A stretch of 64,000 bases of DNA from Nitrososphaerota archaeon (GTDB lineage Archaea > Thermoproteota > Nitrososphaeria_A > Caldarchaeales > Calditenuaceae): contig JAVQSZ010000006.1 of NCBI GenBank assembly GCA_033581555.1, forward strand, positions 32,001 to 96,000, given 5' to 3'. The position numbers and the translations under genes are program-made. This document shows positions 37,251 to 48,039 of this stretch, piece by piece. The stretch's first letter is position 1. The number at the start of each line of letters is the position of its first letter. The notes under the pieces are model-generated. The model made no database searches, was not told the DNA's origin, and saw only the letters and a list, made by a program, of their open reading frames with translations.

Positions 37251-37954
37251 GAGGAGCCTACGGGACCTCCTCGGGCTCCGAACGCCTCCCTCATTTTTTC
37301 CACGAGCCCCCTGAGGTCCTTCACGACCTCTCCGTTCCACCCGACCGGATTCCCATACCTGTCGATCATCACGACCCTCATCCCGACCTTCCTCGCCCCC
37401 TCAAGCTCCGCGAGGGGTCCGTCGCTGACGAAGACGACCTCCTCCGGCCTGGTGCCGAGCATACTCGACGCTACGAGGAAGGCCCTCGGGTCTGGCTTAG
37501 CGATCCCGAGCTCGCAGGAGAAGACGTGGACGTCGATCAGCCTCGAGACCTCGAGGGACCTCCAGATCCCGGGAACCTCCGGAGACGAATTGGAGAGTAG
37601 GCCGATCTTCAGGCCCATCGACCTCAGCTCCCTGATCGAGGGCTCCACGTCCCCGAAAGGCACGACGCAGGACCTCACGAACTCGAGCCTTACCCTCTCG
37701 GCCTCCGCTAGCCCTTGGTCGTCGGCCTCCGCGCCGATCTCCTCAAGGACCCTCCTGATGCACTCCCTTAAGTCACTGCAGGAACCCCTGATCCGCTCCT
37801 CGAGCCTCAAGACCCAGACCTCGGCGAACCTCGCCCGGTCGACACCCAGGGCCTCGCCCATCCTCCTCAGGCTCTCCCTGTGCCCCTCGACCGGGTACCT
37901 GGGGACCAACGTCCCGAAGAGGTCGAAGAGGACCGCCCTCAACGCTCCGCTCAA
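37247..37954 (-). CDS. HAD superfamily hydrolase
   Basis: FDLFGTL, LSN, KPDP, VSDG..ELEGA. Confidence 0.88.
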   Translation of the reverse strand: MSGALRAVLFDLFGTLVPRYPVEGHRESLRRMGEALGVDRARFAEVWVLRLEERIRGSCSDLRECIRRVLEEIGAEADDQGLAEAERVRLEFVRSCVVPFGDVEPSIRELRSMGLKIGLLSNSSPEVPGIWRSLEVSRLIDVHVFSCELGIAKPDPRAFLVASSMLGTRPEEVVFVSDGPLAELEGARKVGMRVVMIDRYGNPVGWNGEVVKDLRGLVEKMREAFGARGGPVGSS

Positions 37955-38019
37955 CCCTCACGCTCCGCGGCCTACGTCTACTGCGATCGGCTTAAATCCT
38001 CTCCAGAAGGCGAAACCCC

Positions 38020-39033
38020 ATGAAAGCTGCGGTCTTCGAGAGGCCCGGAGGCCCAGAGGTCTTGGAATTGAAGGAGGTCGGGCTGCCTCGGAGGCCCGGC
38101 GAGGCCGTGATCAGGGTCGAGGCGACCGGCGTCAACAGGGCAGACGTCTGGCTCAGGTCAGGCCTTTACCCGGCGAAGCTCCCGCACGTGTTGGGGATCG
38201 ACGTCGCGGGGACGGTCCTGGAGGACCCCTCGGGAGTGTTCAAGCCCGGCGACAGGGTGCTGATCTACCCGAACGTCGGGTGCGGGAGGTGCGAGCTCTG
38301 CGCGGCCGGAGAGGAGAACCTCTGCCCGAAGGTGGAGCGGGTCGGGTGGCACAGGTGGGGAGGGTACGCGGAGATGGTCTCGGTTCCGAGCAGGGCGCTC
38401 GTCGAGATCCCGCAGAACCTCTCGTTCGAGGAGGCCGCCTCGATACCGATCAACTTCCTGACCTCCTGGGACGCGCTGGTCAGGGCCGCGGCGATTAGAC
38501 CGACCGATACGGTGTTGGTGGTAGGCGCTGGCAGCGGCGTCGGGTACGCGGCGATCCAGATCGCGAAGCTCCACGGCTGCAGGGTGATCGCGACGGTCGG
38601 GAGCGACGAGAAGGTCGAGATGGCCTACGGGATCGGGGCTGACCACGTGATCAACAGGAGGGAGTCGGACGTGGTGAAGGAGGTGATGGCGCTCACCAAC
38701 GGAAGGGGGGTCGACGTCGTCTTCGAGCACGCGGGGAAGGACTTCTGGCAGACCGCGCTCAAGTCGCTGGGGCTGAAGGGGAGGCTCGTGACGGTGGGGG
38801 CGACGACCGGCCAGGAAGTCGGGATCGACATCAGGGCGCTCTACAACAAGAGGCATCACTTGATCGGCGCAGGGGTGGGGAGCAAGTCGGACTTCCTCAA
38901 GCTCCTCAGGCTCTTCTCGGAGGGGAGGCTCAGGGCGCTGATCGACAGGGTCTTCAACCTGGAGGAGGCCCGTGAGGCCCACAGGAGGATGGAGGAGTCG
39001 AAGCACTTCGGGAAGATAATACTGAAGCCTTGA
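38020..39033 (+). CDS. MDR-family oxidoreductase (quinone-reductase-like, structural Zn only)
   Basis: GVNRAD, CGRCELC..NLC, GAGSGVG, HFGKIIL. Confidence 0.88.
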   Translation: MKAAVFERPGGPEVLELKEVGLPRRPGEAVIRVEATGVNRADVWLRSGLYPAKLPHVLGIDVAGTVLEDPSGVFKPGDRVLIYPNVGCGRCELCAAGEENLCPKVERVGWHRWGGYAEMVSVPSRALVEIPQNLSFEEAASIPINFLTSWDALVRAAAIRPTDTVLVVGAGSGVGYAAIQIAKLHGCRVIATVGSDEKVEMAYGIGADHVINRRESDVVKEVMALTNGRGVDVVFEHAGKDFWQTALKSLGLKGRLVTVGATTGQEVGIDIRALYNKRHHLIGAGVGSKSDFLKLLRLFSEGRLRALIDRVFNLEEAREAHRRMEESKHFGKIILKP

Positions 39034-40022
39034 CGTCGCACCCCGGTTACGGATCCAGGCCCGAGCCTCCGCCTCTCAGAGAGGTCATCAGGGCCGAGAG
39101 GGAGCTCAGCAGGTACCTCAACGAGACGCCGTTGGTCAGCTCGAGGAGGCTCTCGAGGGCGCTGGGGGCCGACGTCTACGTCAAGCTCGAGAACCTCAAC
39201 CCGACCTTCTCCTTCAAGGTGCGGGGAGGAATCCACTTCATGCGGGTGATGAGCGAGAGGGGCCTGAAGGGCGTCGTGACCGCGTCTATGGGGAACCACG
39301 CCCAGTCGATCGCCTACGCGGGGTCCATCTTCGGCGTCCCGGTGAAGGTCGTGATGCCCTCCTGGGTCTCGAGGGTGAAGGTCGAGGCTGTGGAGGAGCT
39401 CGGGGCCGAGGTGGTTACGTACGGGTCATACTACGACGAGTCCGCCGAGTACGCCGAGAAGCTCGCCCAGGAGCTGGGGTACTTCTACGTCCACGCGATA
39501 GAGGAGAGGCTTCTGCACGTAGGGGTCGCGACGATGCACCTCGAGGTCCTCGAGCAGCTCCCGGACGTCGAGGTGGTGGTCAACCCGATCGGCGGCGGGA
39601 CAGGCGCGATAGGCGCGGTCTCGGTCTACAAGTCAGTCGACCCGAGCATCGAGATCTACGGCGTGCAAGCCGAGGGAGCTGACGCCTTCTACAGGTCCTT
39701 CAAGTCAGGGGAGCCCGTGAACCTCCCCGGCGTCTCGACCAAGGCGGAGGGCCTTGCGGTCGCGAGGACGTACCGGGTGCCCTTCGAGGTCCTGAGGGGA
39801 GCGCTGAAGGACGTCGTGCTCGTGAACGACCGGGAGATGGAGGAGGCGATCAAGGTCCTCTACTGGTCGGTCAGGCAGGTCGCGGAGCTCGCGGGCGCAG
39901 CTGCGACGGCAGCGGCGTTCAAGCTGAAGCGGGAGATATCGGGGAAGAAGGTGGTCCTGATGCTCACCGGTGGAAACATCTCACCGGAGGAGTTTTCGAG
40001 GGTCCTTCTCGAGGGGTCCTGA
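39030..40022 (+). CDS. Threonine/serine dehydratase family PLP enzyme
   Basis: SFKVRG, SMGNHA, PIGGG, TGGN. Confidence 0.88.
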   Translation: MTSHPGYGSRPEPPPLREVIRAERELSRYLNETPLVSSRRLSRALGADVYVKLENLNPTFSFKVRGGIHFMRVMSERGLKGVVTASMGNHAQSIAYAGSIFGVPVKVVMPSWVSRVKVEAVEELGAEVVTYGSYYDESAEYAEKLAQELGYFYVHAIEERLLHVGVATMHLEVLEQLPDVEVVVNPIGGGTGAIGAVSVYKSVDPSIEIYGVQAEGADAFYRSFKSGEPVNLPGVSTKAEGLAVARTYRVPFEVLRGALKDVVLVNDREMEEAIKVLYWSVRQVAELAGAAATAAAFKLKREISGKKVVLMLTGGNISPEEFSRVLLEGS

Positions 40023-40031
40023 ACGCTCAGC

Positions 40032-40718
40032 TCACTTCCTGGCCTTCTTCCTAGAGTACTCGTGGACCTCGCCGGGGTTCAGGACCACCACCTTCACTCC
40101 CTTGGCCTTCGCCTTCACGAGCCTCACGAACTCCATCGGGTCCTGTTTGATCGCGTCGAAGGTGTTGTAGTGCATCGGTATGACGACCTTCGGCCTAATC
40201 AGGGAGGCCGCGACCGCCGCCTCGGACGGGCCCATCGTGTAGAGCGAGCCGATCGGGAGCAGGGCGACGTCGGGCCTGTAGAGCTGGCCGATCAGCCTCA
40301 TGTCCCCGAAGACCGCGGTGTCGCCGGCGTGGTAGATCACCGCCTCCTCGCCGTGCAGGACGACGCCCGTCGGGTTACCGGAGTGGACGGCCGGAGTCAG
40401 GGTGACCCTGAGGCCGTCGGCGTTGAAGGTCCCTCCGACGTTCGCGCCGAAAGTCCTGCTCACGCCGTTCTGTTCCGCCTTGACCTTGAGCTCGTAAATC
40501 CCGACGAAGAGCGCGTCGAACCTCCTGCAGACCTCGAAGGCGTCGCCGACGTGGTCAAAGTGGTCGTGCGTCACGACGACGTAGTCGACCTTCTCGAGCT
40601 GGTCCAGCTTCACCGGCGCGACCGGGTTCTGGGAGATGAAGGGATCTATCAGCACCTTCTTCCCGTCGAGCTCGATGAGCCAAGCGGCGTGGCCCAACCA
40701 CTTGAGCCTCGCCATCAA
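40032..40718 (-). CDS. UPF0173 metallo-beta-lactamase-fold hydrolase
   Basis: WLGHA, THDHFDH, YHAGDT, PMHYNTF. Confidence 0.9.
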   Translation of the reverse strand: MMARLKWLGHAAWLIELDGKKVLIDPFISQNPVAPVKLDQLEKVDYVVVTHDHFDHVGDAFEVCRRFDALFVGIYELKVKAEQNGVSRTFGANVGGTFNADGLRVTLTPAVHSGNPTGVVLHGEEAVIYHAGDTAVFGDMRLIGQLYRPDVALLPIGSLYTMGPSEAAVAASLIRPKVVIPMHYNTFDAIKQDPMEFVRLVKAKAKGVKVVVLNPGEVHEYSRKKARK

Positions 40719-40837
40719 CCTTCAGACGTCAGCCCTCGTGATAGACCTTGTCCGGGAGGAGTCCGCAAGCCGACGGGCCATGCGCCTCCTCCGAGTAACA
40801 GATTTATCCGACCCGAGGGCCTGAGGTCCCGAGATGG

Positions 40838-41650
40838 GTGGGCGCCTTCCAAGTCGGCATCGCCCTGAAGCCCAGCTCGCTAGGTGACGACGAGCGGTCG
40901 AAGCTCCGGAGCGCCCTCTCCCTCCTGAAGCTCTCTGAGGACATAGGGTTAAGCCACCTCGTGCTGGACTCGGAGAGGGAGGTCGACGACCTCTCGCTTA
41001 AGTCGATCGGGCTTCTTGCGGAGGAGGCGGGCTCGACGAAGCTGGTCGTGACGGTCCCCGTGAGGAGGCGTGACGCGAGGGAGAGGTTCGAGGGCCTCCG
41101 CGGGCTGGTAGCGGGGTCGCAGGGCCTCGTGCTCTGCCTCGTCGCGGGACACCCGTCCTACCTCGACGGTGGAGGTCCTCGGGTCGGGGCGGGTGCGCTC
41201 CTGAGGGCCTACGCGGCAGAGGCCGCTGAGCTCAACGGGCACGGGAGGGAGCTGCTGGTGGGGACCGAGCGCGTCGAGAGGGCCGTGCTCTCGCTGGGCT
41301 GGATCAGGTCGGTCGTTCCCTTCGTCTTGATGGACTCCAACTCCCGCCTCTGGGCTGAGACCTTCGGCAGGGTTTGGGAGAGGGTCGCGGTCTACGTCCC
41401 GCTCTTCGTCGGCGAGCCCTCCGAGGACGCGATGGCAAGGATGAGGGCCTACGTCTCAAGGAGGCCGAACTACAGGGGCGCGAACGGACAGGACCTCGAG
41501 GAAGGGTTGAGGGAGCTGACGGTCTTCGGGCGGCCGGAGGAGGTGAGGGCCAGGATCGAGAGGCTCGGGGAGATGGGCTTCGGCCTGGTGGTCGGGTGGC
41601 TCATCGACCCGTCGCCGGAGCAGCTCAGGAGGCTCTCGAGGGCCCTCTGA
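40838..41650 (+). CDS. Hypothetical protein, possibly a degenerate luciferase-like TIM barrel
   Basis: C-terminal VFGRPEEVRARIERL..G resembles LLM C-termini; otherwise weak. Confidence 0.5.
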   Translation: MGAFQVGIALKPSSLGDDERSKLRSALSLLKLSEDIGLSHLVLDSEREVDDLSLKSIGLLAEEAGSTKLVVTVPVRRRDARERFEGLRGLVAGSQGLVLCLVAGHPSYLDGGGPRVGAGALLRAYAAEAAELNGHGRELLVGTERVERAVLSLGWIRSVVPFVLMDSNSRLWAETFGRVWERVAVYVPLFVGEPSEDAMARMRAYVSRRPNYRGANGQDLEEGLRELTVFGRPEEVRARIERLGEMGFGLVVGWLIDPSPEQLRRLSRAL

Positions 41651-41699
41651 CCTCTCCGAACCGCGGCTCACCTCTATCCCCGACCCGTCCGCAGTAACT

Positions 41700-42581
41700 G
41701 TGCGGATGCCCTGGGAGCGGTGGGAGTTCAGGCCGAGGCGGCTCCCCCTGATCACCTCGGAGGTAGCGGTCGACGTGCTGGAGGCGCTCGACAGGGGCCG
41801 CTCGACCGTCACGACGAGCCTGGACCTCTGGGTCTCGAGGGTCGAGCTCGAGCTGACTTCCGATGGCGCGAGGATAGGGCCCGTTCTCGTTCGAAGGGAC
41901 GAGCTCGAGGAGGTCGCGGAGGACAAGCGTACCGTCTTCGCAGCGACGTCAGACGGCCTAGCTCCGGTCGAGGCGAGGGCCACGAGGTACTACAAGCTCG
42001 TGAACTGCGGGAGGGGGAGGGCCCCGACGCTCGAGGTCGACGGGATCCACATGCACAGGGTTGCGGACGTCTCCCCGACCGAGGACGCCTCCGCGAAGGT
42101 GGGCCTGCTGGGAGCTCTGAGGGGGAGGGTGGTCCTCGACACCTGCACGGGGCTCGGGTACACCGCGGTCGAGGCGCTGAGGAGGGGCGCAGCTCAGGTG
42201 GTCACGGTCGAGGTCGACCCGAACGTCCTCTCTATCGCGGAGCTGAACCCCTGGTCCGAGGTCCTCTCGTCTGGCTGCGCGGAGCTGATCCTCGGAGACG
42301 TCGCCGAGGTGGTCAGGGACCTCCCGAGCGGACACTTCGACGCGGTGATCCACGACCCGCCGAGGTTCTCGCTGGCCGGGGAGCTCTACTCCGAGGGGTT
42401 CTACAGGGAGCTCGCGAGGGTCCTGAGGCCCGGCGGGAGGATCGTCCACTACGTCGGCCATCCCGGCTCGAGGTCGGGGAAGAGGATCCACGTCGGCGTG
42501 ATGAGGCGGATGAGGGCCTCGGGCTTCGGGGTGAGGTGGGTCGAGGAGCTGGGGGTCGTGGTGGGGAGGAGGGCGCCTTGA
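41700..42581 (+). CDS. Archaeal SAM-dependent methyltransferase (COG2521-like)
   Basis: DGIHMH, LDTCTGLGYTA, HDPPRF..AGELYS. Confidence 0.88.
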   Translation: MRMPWERWEFRPRRLPLITSEVAVDVLEALDRGRSTVTTSLDLWVSRVELELTSDGARIGPVLVRRDELEEVAEDKRTVFAATSDGLAPVEARATRYYKLVNCGRGRAPTLEVDGIHMHRVADVSPTEDASAKVGLLGALRGRVVLDTCTGLGYTAVEALRRGAAQVVTVEVDPNVLSIAELNPWSEVLSSGCAELILGDVAEVVRDLPSGHFDAVIHDPPRFSLAGELYSEGFYRELARVLRPGGRIVHYVGHPGSRSGKRIHVGVMRRMRASGFGVRWVEELGVVVGRRAP

Positions 42582-42638
42582 GGCCGTCCGGCCGGTAAAA
42601 CGGTTTTGTCGTGGGGCTTAGTAGTGTTGACTGCGGAC

Positions 42639-44054
<1,416 letters not shown>

Positions 44055-44055
44055 G

Positions 44056-44322
44056 CTACGGGATCACCCTGACGAGGCTCCCCTGTCCCAGCCCCGGGAC
44101 CTCTTTCCCCTCTTTTGCCGCCTCGAACTCGACGGTCAGCACGTCCTCCGCGGCCTCTACGACCCTCCCCTTCCAGGGGTTCCCGTTGTAGTCGAGGTAG
44201 ACGACCTCCTTCCCCACGAGCGACGGGAGGTCGACATCGCCGGAACCCGATGTAGGCGAGACGAGGGCCCTGTCGAGCTCGTCGAACCCTATCACTATCA
44301 TATCGATCGGCTCCTCGGACAT
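44056..44322 (-). CDS. Small acidic beta-barrel protein resembling the eL33 (L35Ae) fold
   Basis: LVGKEVVY...WKGRVV...VEFE...PGLGQGSLVRVI; start set at ATG 44322. Confidence 0.55.
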   Translation of the reverse strand: MSEEPIDMIVIGFDELDRALVSPTSGSGDVDLPSLVGKEVVYLDYNGNPWKGRVVEAAEDVLTVEFEAAKEGKEVPGLGQGSLVRVIP

Positions 44323-44515
44323 GTCCCGCGCCCCGGGCACCCCCGGTGACCGCGACTTATAGCTTGTGTGGACCACGGCCTCTGCGATGAACGCGTAACG
44401 AGAACCGTGTGGCTCTCAGGGCCCGCATTACGCGTGATCTGGCACCGAGTCCTCAGAGAGGCTCACAGCGCAACGTGCTTCGATCAGCCTCTTCTACAAA
44501 CTCACGGACCGTGTA

Positions 44516-46168
44516 TCACGAGCCGAACATCCAGCTGACGCCTTCGCTCGCCCTCCTGACTAGGTCCGAAGGGACGTCCCTCTTGCGGACCCAGCTCTCG
44601 AGGAAGACCCTGCTCATTGCTAACGGCCAGTCCTCACCAGTCTCCTTCGAGACCTCCTCGGCCCACCTCTGGTAGTGAAGGGCCGCGATCACGCTCCCTA
44701 ACCTCTCGAGGAGGTACTTCGCGTGGTGCTCGACGCTGTCCGAGGCCGCCGCGGCCACGGCCCGCTTGACTTCGCCCTCGAGGAGCGCTCCGAGGGCAAC
44801 CCTCGCCTCCCCGTCCTCCACCTCGGAGGCCCCCGCGGCCAGCTCCTCCATCAACCGCTCCGCGAGCCCCTTCCTGAAGAGGACCTCGACCATGTCCAGT
44901 GACTGGACGTTGCTGGTCCCCTCCCAGATCGCGGTCACCAGGGAGTCCCTGTGGACCTTCGCGATCGGGTACTCCTCGAGGAACCCTATGCCGCCCATCA
45001 GCTCCATCGCGTACCTCGTCAGCTCGATCGAGGTCCACGCTGCCATGTTCTTGGTGACGTGGCTCAGAAGCCTCGCCCTGTGATAGTCCAGGGAGTAGGG
45101 AGGCCGCTCCCCGGAGACCCCGCTGAAGGCCTTCGCCGCGATCAGGGAGAGCAGGAGGTTCGCCTGGAGCCTAGCCTCCATCTCGACGAGGTCCCTCAGG
45201 TAGAGCGGGTGCTCGACGAGCCTCTTCCCGAAAGCCTTCCTCTGGCTGCCGTAGAGCGCGGCCTCCCAGAGCGCCTTCCTCGCGAGACCCAGCCCGGCGA
45301 TCGCGTTGTCTATCCTCGCGACGGTGAGGACCTCGAGCGCGATGTAGATCCCCTGGCCCTGCTGCCCGAGCTGGTAGGCCTCGGTATCCCTGAGCTCCAC
45401 CTCGCCGGTCGGCACCGTGACCGTGCCCAGCTTCTCCTTCAGCCTGATGATCCTCCAGTTCGGCGAGCGGTCCTCCTTCCTCGCAGGCGCGAAGAACGCC
45501 GCGACGCCCTTCGGTCCGCTCACAGCGGGGAGCGGCTTGGCCGTGATTATCGCCGCGTCGGCCAAGCCCACGTTGCTGGTGAAGTACTTCAGGCCATTGA
45601 GGAGCCACTTCCCTCCCCTGGCCTCCGCGACGGTCTCGATGTTCCCGAGGTCGCTGCCCGCCTGGACCTCGGTGTAGAACGTCGCCCCCGTCCAGGGCCT
45701 CTTACTCCTCAGGAAGTTCGGGAGGAACCGCGACCTCGTCTCGTCGTCGCCGTACTTCATCAGCCCGTAGGCCGTCTGCATCGTAAGGGTGACCGTGCAG
45801 AAGAGTCCTGCGTCCGAGATCACGTAGCCCGAGACGAAGTGGTAAGTCAGGTCCCTCTCCCCTTTCAGGGCCTTCGAGACCACCCCGAAGCCCAGCAGGT
45901 CGTAGACCGTCCTGAGGTGCTCCGGCGAGACCAGCACCGAGTCGACCTCACGGCCCGTGGCGCTCCACTTCCTTAGCGTCGGCCTCGCGAACCGGTCGAT
46001 CCAGTAGCTCGCCTCCATCATCTCGGTCGAGACGTAGCGCCCGAGCCTCTCAAGGTCCGAGTCGCCCTCGAACCCGACGTGTCTCAGGAGGAGCTGTAGG
46101 GGCTTGTCCTCGGTGAAGTAGTTCCTGCCTGTGCTGAGCCAGAGCTCGCCGAACACGTCCCCAATCAA
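44516..46168 (-). CDS. Acyl-CoA dehydrogenase family protein (AidB-like)
   Basis: TEVQAGSD, KYFTSN, RLKEKLG, GGIGFLEEY, IWEGTSNV. Confidence 0.9.
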   Translation of the reverse strand: MIGDVFGELWLSTGRNYFTEDKPLQLLLRHVGFEGDSDLERLGRYVSTEMMEASYWIDRFARPTLRKWSATGREVDSVLVSPEHLRTVYDLLGFGVVSKALKGERDLTYHFVSGYVISDAGLFCTVTLTMQTAYGLMKYGDDETRSRFLPNFLRSKRPWTGATFYTEVQAGSDLGNIETVAEARGGKWLLNGLKYFTSNVGLADAAIITAKPLPAVSGPKGVAAFFAPARKEDRSPNWRIIRLKEKLGTVTVPTGEVELRDTEAYQLGQQGQGIYIALEVLTVARIDNAIAGLGLARKALWEAALYGSQRKAFGKRLVEHPLYLRDLVEMEARLQANLLLSLIAAKAFSGVSGERPPYSLDYHRARLLSHVTKNMAAWTSIELTRYAMELMGGIGFLEEYPIAKVHRDSLVTAIWEGTSNVQSLDMVEVLFRKGLAERLMEELAAGASEVEDGEARVALGALLEGEVKRAVAAAASDSVEHHAKYLLERLGSVIAALHYQRWAEEVSKETGEDWPLAMSRVFLESWVRKRDVPSDLVRRASEGVSWMFGS

Positions 46169-46216
46169 CGCCTCCCCGGATTAGGACTTTCCGCGAGCAC
46201 GGTCTGTCTGGATCGC

Positions 46217-46645
46217 GTGCAACGCACAATAGCCCGCAGGTCCAGGCTTCATCGGGTCTTGAGGCGTCCTGAATGGTCCCCGAGGTCGAGGGCGGGGAGG
46301 AGGCTCGTCAGGAAGCTCACCCTCGAGAACCTCTGGCTCTACGTCCTAGCGATACTGAGGGAGGGGCCGAGGTACGGCTACGAATTCGTCGACCTGATCG
46401 AGGGGAGGTTCGGGTTCAGGCCGAGCAGGGTCACCTGCTACGTGGTCCTCTACAGGCTCGAGAGGGAGGGGCTGATCTCCTCCAGCAGGCTCGAACGGAG
46501 CAGGACCGGCGGCGCCAGGGTCTACTACGAGCTCACCGAGAGGGGCAGGGACGAGCTCGAGTCTGCCTTGAAGTTCCTGAGGGGAGTCGCCGAGGCGCTC
46601 TCCGGCCGCTCTAGCAGCGGCCTCTCAGTGGGAGTTAAGGGCTAA
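46217..46645 (+). CDS. PadR family transcriptional regulator
   Basis: LTLENLWLYVL..GPRYGYE..YVVLYRLE.EG..YYELTERG; true start probably later than the ORF-track start. Confidence 0.85.
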   Translation: MQRTIARRSRLHRVLRRPEWSPRSRAGRRLVRKLTLENLWLYVLAILREGPRYGYEFVDLIEGRFGFRPSRVTCYVVLYRLEREGLISSSRLERSRTGGARVYYELTERGRDELESALKFLRGVAEALSGRSSSGLSVGVKG

Positions 46646-46669
46646 ATAGTATTTTATGGTCATAAAACT

Positions 46670-47752
46670 GTGCCGAAGGTCAGGGTTGCGATAGCGGGCG
46701 TGGGCAACTGCGCCTCGGCCCTCGTCCAAGGTGTCCACTACTACGCGAGCGCCGACGACGGCGATCAGGTCCCAGGGCTGATGCACGTAAGGCTCGGGGG
46801 GTACCACGTGGGAGACATAGAGTTCGTCGCGGCTTTCGACGTCGACGCGAGGAAGGTCGGGAAGGACCTCTCCGAGGCGATCTTCTCGCCTCCCAACAAC
46901 ACTCTGAGGTTCGCGGAGGTCCCGAGGCTTGGCGTAGAGGTGATGAGGGGCCCGACGCTCGACGGCCTCGGGAGGTACCTGAGGGACGAGGTCCCCGAGC
47001 ACCCTGGCAGGCCGGTCGACGTTGCCGACGCGCTGAAGAGCGCCGGAGCTGATGTTCTGATCAACTTCCTCCCCGTCGGGAGCGAGGAGGCCACCAGGTT
47101 CTACGCGAGGTCTGCCCTCGAGGCGGGGGCCGGCGTGGTGAACGCGATCCCGGTCTTCATCGCGAGCGACCCGGCCTGGCAGTCGGAGTTCGAGAGGAGG
47201 AACGTCCCGATAGTCGGGGACGACATCAAGAGTCAGGTCGGGGCCACGATCCTCCACAGGTCCCTTGTGACCCTCTTCGGCGACAGGGGCGCGGTCGTCG
47301 ACAAGACCTACCAGCTGAACTTCGGAGGGAACACGGACTTCCTGAACATGCTCGAGAGGGAGAGGCTCTCCTCGAAGAAGAAGTCCAAGACCGGCGCGGT
47401 GACGTCGGTAATGCAGGGGCGTCCGGTCGACGGAGGGAGCGTCCACATAGGGCCGAGCGACTACGTCCCCTGGCTCCAGGACAGGAAGGTCGCCTACATC
47501 AGGCTCGAGGGGAGGCTCTTCGGGGACGCGCCGATCACCGTTGAGGTCAGGCTCGAGGTCTGGGACTCGCCGAACGCGGCGGGCGTAGCGGTTGACGCGA
47601 TCAGGTGCGTGAAGCTCGCGATGGACAGGGGCGTAGGAGGCGTCCTCTACTCGCCCTCGGCCTACCTGATGAAGTCCCCGCCGGTCCAGTACCCCGACCA
47701 CGTCGCCAGGGCGATGATCGAGGAGTTCATCGAGGGGAAGAGGCTGCGCTGA
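46670..47752 (+). CDS. ino1: myo-Inositol-1-phosphate synthase
   Basis: [33 protein letters not shown]. Confidence 0.95.
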   Translation: MPKVRVAIAGVGNCASALVQGVHYYASADDGDQVPGLMHVRLGGYHVGDIEFVAAFDVDARKVGKDLSEAIFSPPNNTLRFAEVPRLGVEVMRGPTLDGLGRYLRDEVPEHPGRPVDVADALKSAGADVLINFLPVGSEEATRFYARSALEAGAGVVNAIPVFIASDPAWQSEFERRNVPIVGDDIKSQVGATILHRSLVTLFGDRGAVVDKTYQLNFGGNTDFLNMLERERLSSKKKSKTGAVTSVMQGRPVDGGSVHIGPSDYVPWLQDRKVAYIRLEGRLFGDAPITVEVRLEVWDSPNAAGVAVDAIRCVKLAMDRGVGGVLYSPSAYLMKSPPVQYPDHVARAMIEEFIEGKRLR

Positions 47753-48039
47753 GCCAGACGGCCTTCGGCTCCTACACTAGCGGAGAGACGGGGACGGTCG
47801 AGGGTCATCAGGGGGAGACCTTCTCCTCAGGAGCTCGGCCTCACCACGACCTCCTCGAGGACCTCCACCTCTGGGGTCGTTAGCACCGGCACCCTGCTGG
47901 TGAGGGGAAAATCGCTCAATAGAGTGGCTGGAGTTTTGGCAAGAAGAGGGGTCCTCACCCGTCACCGCGAGAAGTCACTAGCATGTTAGTTGGGCAGGAA
48001 ATTCCTTTATCGGACGATCACCGAGCTGGGTTGGAAGGG

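Noticed and set aside
47805-47811. CTGATGA as a hammerhead core or C box
   Set aside because: No GAAA/stem II geometry and no correctly spaced CTGA D boxes
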